A stretch of 41,182 nt of DNA, taken from Escherichia coli (GTDB lineage: Bacteria > Pseudomonadota > Gammaproteobacteria > Enterobacterales > Enterobacteriaceae). The DNA is taken from assembly GCF_003334355.1 (NCBI RefSeq), contig NZ_QOWP01000031.1; one strand, written 5' to 3'. Each line of letters starts with the position of its first letter. Position 1 is the stretch's first letter. The position numbers were made by a program, and so were the translations under genes. A model generated the notes under the pieces. It had not been told where the DNA came from. It worked only from the letters and a program-made list of their open reading frames with translations, and ran no database searches. Shown here piece after piece: positions 36,299 through 41,182 of the stretch.

Positions 36299-37459
36299 TT
36301 ACCCCTTGTTTGCAGCCCGGAAGCCATTTTCCAGGTCGGCAATTAAATCTTCGCCATCTTCAATACCGGTGGAGATACGCAGCAGCGTCTCGGAGATCCC
36401 GGCGGCAGCACGCGCTTCTGGTGCCATGCCTGCATGTGTCATGGTTGCGGCGTGAGAGATTAAACTTTCCACTCCCCCTAATGATTCCGCCAGCGTAAAC
36501 AACGACAGCCCGCCCAGGAAACGACGCAGCGTCTGCTCATCGCCATCCAGTTCAAAACTCAACATTGCGCCAAAGCCTTTTTGCTGGCGCGCGGCAATTT
36601 CATGCCCCTGATTTTCCGGCAGCGACGGGTGATACAGTTTTTTCACCAACGGCTGGGTTTGCAGATATTTCACAATCGCCTGCGCGTTGCGCTGGGCCAA
36701 CTCCATGCGCGGCACCAGCGTTCGCAACCCGCGTAGCAGCAGATAGCTGTCAAACGCGCCGCCCGTCACGCCAATATTGTTTGCCCACCAGGCAAGTTCA
36801 GTGACAACGTCCGGGTCTTTAGCAATCACCACGCCAGCCACCACGTCAGAGTGACCGTTCAGATATTTCGTGCATGAATGCAACACCAGATCGGCACCTA
36901 ATGCCAGCGGATTTTGTAATGCCGGGCTTAAGAAGGTGTTATCCACCACGCTCACCGCCCCGACTTCCCTAGCCAGATGGCAGATTTTCGCAATATCCAC
37001 GACGCGTAACAATGGATTACTTGGGCTTTCTACCAGTACCAGTTTGGGTTTTTCTGCCAGCGCTGCCCGTAATGCCTGTTCATCGCCTTGATCAACAAAC
37101 AACACGCGATAGCAACCGCGTTTCGCCAGGCTGTCGAACAGGCGATAGCTACCGCCGTAGCAGTCGTGCGGCGCAACCAGCAGATCGCCTGGTTTCAAAA
37201 AGACGGTCGTTACCAGGTGAATCGCGGACATGCCGGTATTAGTAAGTACTGCACCAGCACCGCCTTCCAGTTCTGCCAGCGCACGCTGAACCACATCGCG
37301 CGTTGGGTTGCCGCGACGCGAGTAATCATGCGCGCGCGGTTCATTAAATCCGGTAAAGTTATAGGTACTGGAAAGATGGATCGGTGGGACAACGCAACCA
37401 TACTGTTCGTCGTCATTTAACCCGCTACGCACTGCGATGGTGGCCTGTTTACGCGTCAT
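36299..37459 (-). CDS. metB: Cystathionine gamma-synthase MetB
   Basis: Trimmed to MTRKQATIAVRSGLNDDEQYG... (386 aa); PLP-dependent family; cat at 37457-37459; 2-bp gap to metL. Confidence 0.92.
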   Translation of the reverse strand: MTRKQATIAVRSGLNDDEQYGCVVPPIHLSSTYNFTGFNEPRAHDYSRRGNPTRDVVQRALAELEGGAGAVLTNTGMSAIHLVTTVFLKPGDLLVAPHDCYGGSYRLFDSLAKRGCYRVLFVDQGDEQALRAALAEKPKLVLVESPSNPLLRVVDIAKICHLAREVGAVSVVDNTFLSPALQNPLALGADLVLHSCTKYLNGHSDVVAGVVIAKDPDVVTELAWWANNIGVTGGAFDSYLLLRGLRTLVPRMELAQRNAQAIVKYLQTQPLVKKLYHPSLPENQGHEIAARQQKGFGAMLSFELDGDEQTLRRFLGGLSLFTLAESLGGVESLISHAATMTHAGMAPEARAAAGISETLLRISTGIEDGEDLIADLENGFRAANKG

Positions 37460-37509
37460 GTGATGAAGTTCCCTGGGCTTGGTCGGTGAAATGTCAGGCA
37501 CCAGAGTAA

Positions 37510-37545
37510 ACATTGTGTTAATGGACGTCAATACATCTGGACATC
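37510..37545. promoter_or_regulatory. Met-box-like repeats in the divergent metB/metJ control region
   Basis: TGGACGTC AATACATC TGGACATC TAAACTTC: tandem 8-mers related to AGACGTCT between divergent metB and metJ. Confidence 0.5.
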
Positions 37546-37735
37546 TAAACTTCTTTGCGTATAGATTGAGCAAATCCCAAATAGCCGTTAAAATTATATG
37601 CATTATCACGCCGACAGGTGCATTACACGATGTCACGGTAACGCCTGTACGGTAAACTATGCGGGTTTACGGTCAGTACCCACATAAATTGTGTGGTCTG
37701 GTCTCAATTTATTGACGAAGAGGATTAAGTATCTC

Positions 37736-38053
37736 ATGGCTGAATGGAGCGGCGAATATATCAGCCCATACGCTGAGCACGGCAAGAAGAGTGAACAAGT
37801 CAAAAAGATTACGGTTTCCATTCCTCTTAAGGTGTTAAAAATCCTCACCGATGAACGCACGCGTCGTCAGGTGAACAACCTGCGTCACGCTACCAACAGC
37901 GAGCTGCTGTGCGAAGCGTTTCTGCATGCCTTTACCGGGCAACCTTTGCCGGATGATGCCGATCTGCGTAAAGAGCGCAGCGACGAAATCCCGGAAGCGG
38001 CAAAAGAGATCATGCGTGAGATGGGGATTAACCCGGAGACGTGGGAATACTAA
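37736..38053 (+). CDS. metJ: Methionine repressor MetJ
   Basis: Trimmed to [58 protein letters not shown]... (105 aa); atg at 37736. Confidence 0.93.
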
Positions 38054-38082
38054 AGCAAAAAAGAGCGGCGCGGAGTGGAATC

Positions 38083-38181
38083 GCCTGATGCGCTACGCTT
38101 ATCAGGCCTACGTCATATTGCAATTTATTGAATTTGCACGAACTTGTAGGCCGGATAAGGCGTTCACGCCGCATCCGGCAT
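38083..38181. repeat. REP/BIME cluster
   Basis: GCCTGATGCGCTACGCTTATCAGGCCTACG ... TGTAGGCCGGATAAGGCGTTCACGCCGCATCCGGCA. Confidence 0.8.
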
Positions 38182-38236
38182 AAACAACGAGCACGTTGTC
38201 TGCGACCCACCGCTTTTTATACATGGACGTTTAACT

Positions 38237-38845
38237 ATGAAAAACAGGCTGCTGATCCTCAGCCTGCTGGTTTCTGTACCTGCCTTTGCCTGGCAGCCAC
38301 AAACCGGCGACATCATCTTTCAGATCTCTCGCTCATCGCAAAGTAAAGCGATCCAACTGGCGACCCATTCCGATTATAGCCACACCGGTATGCTGGTGAT
38401 ACGCAACAAAAAGCCCTACGTTTTTGAAGCGGTCGGCCCGGTGAAATACACCCCGCTCAAGCAGTGGATCGCCCATGGTGAAAAGGGCAAATACGTTGTT
38501 CGCCGCGTTGAAGGCGGACTGAGTGTTGAACAACAGCAAAAACTGGCGCAAACGGCAAAACGTTATCTCGGTAAACCGTATGATTTCAGCTTCTCATGGA
38601 GCGACGATCGCCAGTACTGTTCGGAAGTGGTGTGGAAGGTTTACCAGAACGCGCTGGGAATGCGCGTGGGCGAGCAGCAGAAGTTGAAAGAGTTCGATCT
38701 CAGCAACCCGCTGGTCCAGGCTAAGCTCAAAGAACGCTACGGCAAAAATATTCCGCTTGAGGAAACGGTAGTTTCACCACAAGCCGTTTTCGACGCGCCA
38801 CAACTCACCACAGTCGCCAAAGAGTGGCCGCTGTTTTCGTGGTAA
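38237..38845 (+). CDS. yiiX: YiiX, DUF830-family predicted periplasmic protein
   Basis: 202-aa ORF with N-terminal signal peptide (MKNRLLILSLLVSVPAFA); synteny with K-12 yiiX. Any enzymatic function is not evident from this sequence alone. Confidence 0.8.
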   Translation: MKNRLLILSLLVSVPAFAWQPQTGDIIFQISRSSQSKAIQLATHSDYSHTGMLVIRNKKPYVFEAVGPVKYTPLKQWIAHGEKGKYVVRRVEGGLSVEQQQKLAQTAKRYLGKPYDFSFSWSDDRQYCSEVVWKVYQNALGMRVGEQQKLKEFDLSNPLVQAKLKERYGKNIPLEETVVSPQAVFDAPQLTTVAKEWPLFSW

Positions 38846-38848
38846 TGG

Positions 38849-38950
38849 ATGATGAAAAAAATAATTCCCGCCGTAGTCTGTTTGTTGCTTTGTAGTTGCA
38901 CGACCTTTCCGCAAGCTGTCGCTCCGGTAAACGGTGATGCCTCCAATTAG
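38849..38950 (+). pseudogene. Short lipoprotein-like ORF whose 3' end runs into the IS1 terminal repeat (probably an insertion-truncated gene)
   Basis: ATG at 38849; translation MMKKIIPAVVCLLLCSCTTFPQAVAPVNGDASN*; hydrophobic N-terminus with a Cys-containing segment; the last 6 codons and the stop lie inside the IS1-like left inverted repeat beginning at 38933. Confidence 0.35.
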
Positions 38951-38989
38951 TTGAATTAAGGATATAATACTCGCTTTTAAGGTTGTTTC

Positions 38990-39262
38990 ATGGTCACAGT
39001 TAACCTTCATTGCCCCCGTTGCCAGTCCGTTCAGGTTTACCGTCACGGGCAGAACCCAAAAAGACATGATCGATTCCGCGGCCGTGACTGTCACCGGGTA
39101 TTTCAGCTCAGTTACTGTTACGAGCCCCGTAAACCGGGAGTTAAAGACCAAATCGCTGAAATGACTTTCAACGGTGCCGGGGTTCGCGATACTGCCCGTA
39201 CGCTGAAAATCGGCATTAATACAGTCATCCGAACTTTAAAAAACTCTCGCCACGAAGAATAA
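38990..39262 (+). CDS. insA: IS1 InsA-like protein (zinc-finger / HTH transposition regulator)
   Basis: 90-aa ORF MVTVNLHCPRCQSVQVYRHGQNPKRHDRFRGRDCHRVFQ... with CxxC...CxxxC zinc-finger-like spacing and a C-terminal HTH-like segment (ARTLKIGINTVIRTLKN); similar to remembered canonical InsA at roughly half the positions. Confidence 0.75.
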   Translation: MVTVNLHCPRCQSVQVYRHGQNPKRHDRFRGRDCHRVFQLSYCYEPRKPGVKDQIAEMTFNGAGVRDTARTLKIGINTVIRTLKNSRHEE

Positions 39263-39696
39263 CGTCATCCCCGGTCGCTCATGCTGATGTGGCACTCATC
39301 TGCAAACTTAGTCAGCAATGGAGCTTTGTCGGCAGTAAAGCGCGACAGCACTGGTTCTGGTACGTGTACAACACGAAAACTGGTGGTGTTCTGGCCTACA
39401 CTTTTGGCCCCCGGACTGACGAAACCTGTCGTGAATTGCGGGCGCTGCTTACCCTTTTACCATCGGCATGTTGACCACTGACGAATGGGGTAGTTACGCT
39501 AGAGAGTTACCGAAGGAGAAGCATCTGACTGGTAAGATTTTTACTCAGCACATTGAGCGTAACAATCTGACCCTGAGAACCCGAATCAAACGTCTGGCCC
39601 GCAGAACCATCTGTTTCTCGCGTTCTGTAGAACTTCATGAAAAAGTCATCGGTGCTTTTATCGAAAATATATGTTCTACTAATTGGAGTCATCACC
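39240..39696 (+). pseudogene. insB: IS1 insB-like transposase gene, interrupted by a frameshift
   Basis: InsB-like sequence is split across two frames: 39289-39474 (...QWSFVGSKARQHWFWYVYNTKTGGVLAYTFGPRTDETCRELRALLTLLP) and 39468 onward (MLTTDEWGSYARELPKEKHLTGKIFTQHIERNNLTLRTRIKRLARRTICFSRSVELHEKVIGAF...), with the shift near 39445-39450; the second frame has no stop before the right inverted repeat. Confidence 0.55.
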
Positions 39697-39837
39697 CTTC
39701 TGATAAGCTTTCCTTGGATGATTACCAGACTGAATACACAGCCAAAGATTTTTACCTCATTCTGCTCTTTTTTCTCAAATGACATATATTATATTTTACA
39801 TCATATTCATAGGCATATGACATTCCCCCGCCCCCCA

Positions 39838-40074
39838 TTATGTCATTGTGGGTTGATGTTGGGCTTTCATAAAAAAAACATCTTTTTTTGAACTAGCATT
39901 AATTATATTTACTTTATATATTAAAATATTTTCTCCATCTGGAAATATTTTAGCCACACAATATAAAGCAGCTGAATCCGAATTACTGAAAAATATATTA
40001 TCATCACCCATAACTCCAGCCATTAAATGACTGGAGACTAAAGCAAGGAAATAACAACATTGTATTGCCTTCAT
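39838..40074 (-). CDS. Candidate Rhs immunity protein (78 aa, signal-peptide-like N-terminus)
   Basis: ATG 1 nt after the Rhs TAA stop (minus strand GGGAGTAATTAAAATGAAGGCA, with GGGAG as a Shine-Dalgarno-like sequence); MKAIQCCYFLALVSSHLMAGVMGDD... The ORF track's longer 90-aa version starts inside the rhs gene. Very AT-rich. Role inferred from position immediately 3' of an Rhs C-terminal domain. Confidence 0.55.
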   Translation of the reverse strand: MKAIQCCYFLALVSSHLMAGVMGDDNIFFSNSDSAALYCVAKIFPDGENILIYKVNIINASSKKDVFFMKAQHQPTMT

Positions 40075-40075
40075 T

Positions 40076-41182
40076 TTAATTACTCCCTTGCCTGATAATT
40101 GTAACTCCATTCCCTTTAGCTTTGGGATTATATTTTAGATAGGTGTTATTTGGTGTTCCCAAGTAACTACTGTATTCTTTTTTTCCCATTCCATTCATAT
40201 AAGAATTCGTTAAATCTTTGCTTGAAAAATTTAGACTATCATAAACATCATTTTCTTTTGTTACTTTATTTCCTTTATCGTCAGAGTAAAAACCGTGAGT
40301 GTGATAATCGCCTACTCTCTCTGAACCTTCAGGGCATTTTATATTTCGCAAGTCTACACTATCATTATCATTTGAACTTATCGGATTCATGGGGAAATAT
40401 TCACCTTGCTTCTTACATATTAGTCCACCATATTCTTTATTCTCGTTAATTGATTCTCCATTACACATTGCCAATGCAAATATTCCAATATCATCTATAT
40501 TTTTTGATTTAAATTCATATAATCCTAATGGATCCATGCTATTCACCGGGCTCAGCGGATATGTATACAGGTTCCATCCCCCCTTCAGCCCAATCGGATC
40601 CTGAGTGATATACCTCCCCCGCAGCGGGTCATAATAGCGGTGGCGGTTATAATACAGGCCGGACTCCTCATCATACTGCTGCCCCGGCAGGCGGATGAGC
40701 TGCTGCAGCTGGTGCGGGTTCTCTTCATTCAGCTGGTTACCCCATTCATCGTATTCCCGGCGTATTTCCAGCCAGTCAGGCCCGGTGGCTGACGTTAACT
40801 GGCTGTGGTGGTTATAGTAAAACGCCGATGCCCTGCCATCCGGCGTGGTGATGCGCGTGATGAGGCCCGTCACCACATCCGGGCTGTATTCTGTTGTCCT
40901 GCCTGCGGCATCCGTCTGTGCCCTGAGCCTGCCCACCGCGTCAAACTGACTCTGCGTGACGCTGCCGTCCGCGTGTTCCTTTTTCACCACCCGCTTCAGC
41001 CCGCCTTCGCCTGCGGTATGCAGGACTTCACGGCGGTTCAGGCTGTCGGTGATGGTGATGCGGTCCTTCTCATACTGATACGTGTAGCTTAAGCCTGCCG
41101 GGTTTAGCTGTTCTGTCACCCGCCCGTCGCTGTCGTAACGGTAACGGATTTCCGGCCGGCCCGTGTGACGGTGCGCCACCAT
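40076..41182 (-). CDS. Rhs-family polymorphic toxin, 3' portion (YD-repeat core end + DPxGL + 147-aa variable C-terminal domain); 5' end lies beyond the window
   Basis: ORF is open to the window edge; translation contains YD-repeat core sequence and the core-terminal motif ...[39 protein letters not shown], followed by a 147-aa AT-rich tail ([10 protein letters not shown]...RQGSN). Stop at 40076-40078. Confidence 0.85.
   Translation of the reverse strand: MVAHRHTGRPEIRYRYDSDGRVTEQLNPAGLSYTYQYEKDRITITDSLNRREVLHTAGEGGLKRVVKKEHADGSVTQSQFDAVGRLRAQTDAAGRTTEYSPDVVTGLITRITTPDGRASAFYYNHHSQLTSATGPDWLEIRREYDEWGNQLNEENPHQLQQLIRLPGQQYDEESGLYYNRHRYYDPLRGRYITQDPIGLKGGWNLYTYPLSPVNSMDPLGLYEFKSKNIDDIGIFALAMCNGESINENKEYGGLICKKQGEYFPMNPISSNDNDSVDLRNIKCPEGSERVGDYHTHGFYSDDKGNKVTKENDVYDSLNFSSKDLTNSYMNGMGKKEYSSYLGTPNNTYLKYNPKAKGNGVTIIRQGSN

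Larger units (their letters stand above)
38933..39696 (+). mobile_element. IS1-family insertion sequence, divergent from canonical IS1 and apparently decayed
   Basis: 764 bp bounded by imperfect terminal inverted repeats GGTGATGCCTCCAATTAGTTGAA (left) and revcomp GGTGATGACTCCAATTAGTAGAA (right); encodes an InsA-like protein and InsB-like segments; A6C frameshift motif TTAAAAAAC at about 39236-39244. No matching 8-9 bp direct repeats flank it (CCGGTAAAC vs CTTCTGATA). Confidence 0.8.

Noticed and set aside
38237-38845. Functional link between yiiX and the adjacent Rhs toxin
   Set aside because: Adjacency appears to result from the accessory segment inserting next to a core gene; yiiX is in conserved synteny with metJ and is separated from the Rhs module by the IS, so a functional link is not supported.
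39507-39785. 92-aa minus-strand ORF antisense to the IS1 insB region
   Set aside because: Mostly antisense to transposase-like sequence inside the IS; only its first 30 codons lie outside the element (noted separately as a possible remnant).
39637-39891. 84-aa plus-strand ORF bridging the IS1 right end and the immunity gene 3' end
   Set aside because: Crosses the IS boundary and overlaps the candidate immunity gene antisense; hydrophobic translation comes from AT-rich sequence; no ribosome-binding site.
40150-40604. Plus-strand ORFs of 99 and 71 aa inside the Rhs C-terminal domain
   Set aside because: Antisense to the Rhs tail in very AT-rich DNA, where long chance ORFs are common; no support.

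Overview
This window looks like the Escherichia coli chromosome in the murI-btuB-trmA-fabR-sthA-oxyR-argHBC/argE-ppc-eptC-yijO-frw/pfl-ptsA-fsaB-gldA-yijFE-katG-metF-metLB-metJ-yiiX region, in reverse orientation to the K-12 map. Gene identities are from my recognition of the translated ORFs against remembered K-12 proteins; no database search was run. Positions 1-38845 are ordinary core genome with complete gene-for-gene synteny and no inserted genes. They carry the expected RNA and regulatory elements: the btuB cobalamin riboswitch, the oxyS sRNA, ARG boxes, MetJ boxes, four REP/BIME clusters and several hairpin terminators. The part worth a second look is the last 2.3 kb (38846-41182), where the synteny I remember (yiiX then rpmE) breaks. 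It holds a short lipoprotein-like ORF cut by an insertion sequence, a divergent and apparently decayed IS1-family element, an AT-rich spacer, and the 3' end of an Rhs polymorphic-toxin gene on the minus strand. The Rhs gene has a conserved GC-rich core ending in the DPxGL motif, then a 147-aa AT-rich C-terminal domain I cannot assign to a toxin family, followed 1 nt later by a 78-aa candidate immunity gene with a signal-peptide-like N-terminus. That Rhs-CT/immunity pair is the best candidate for an undescribed system here; its function is inferred, not demonstrated.
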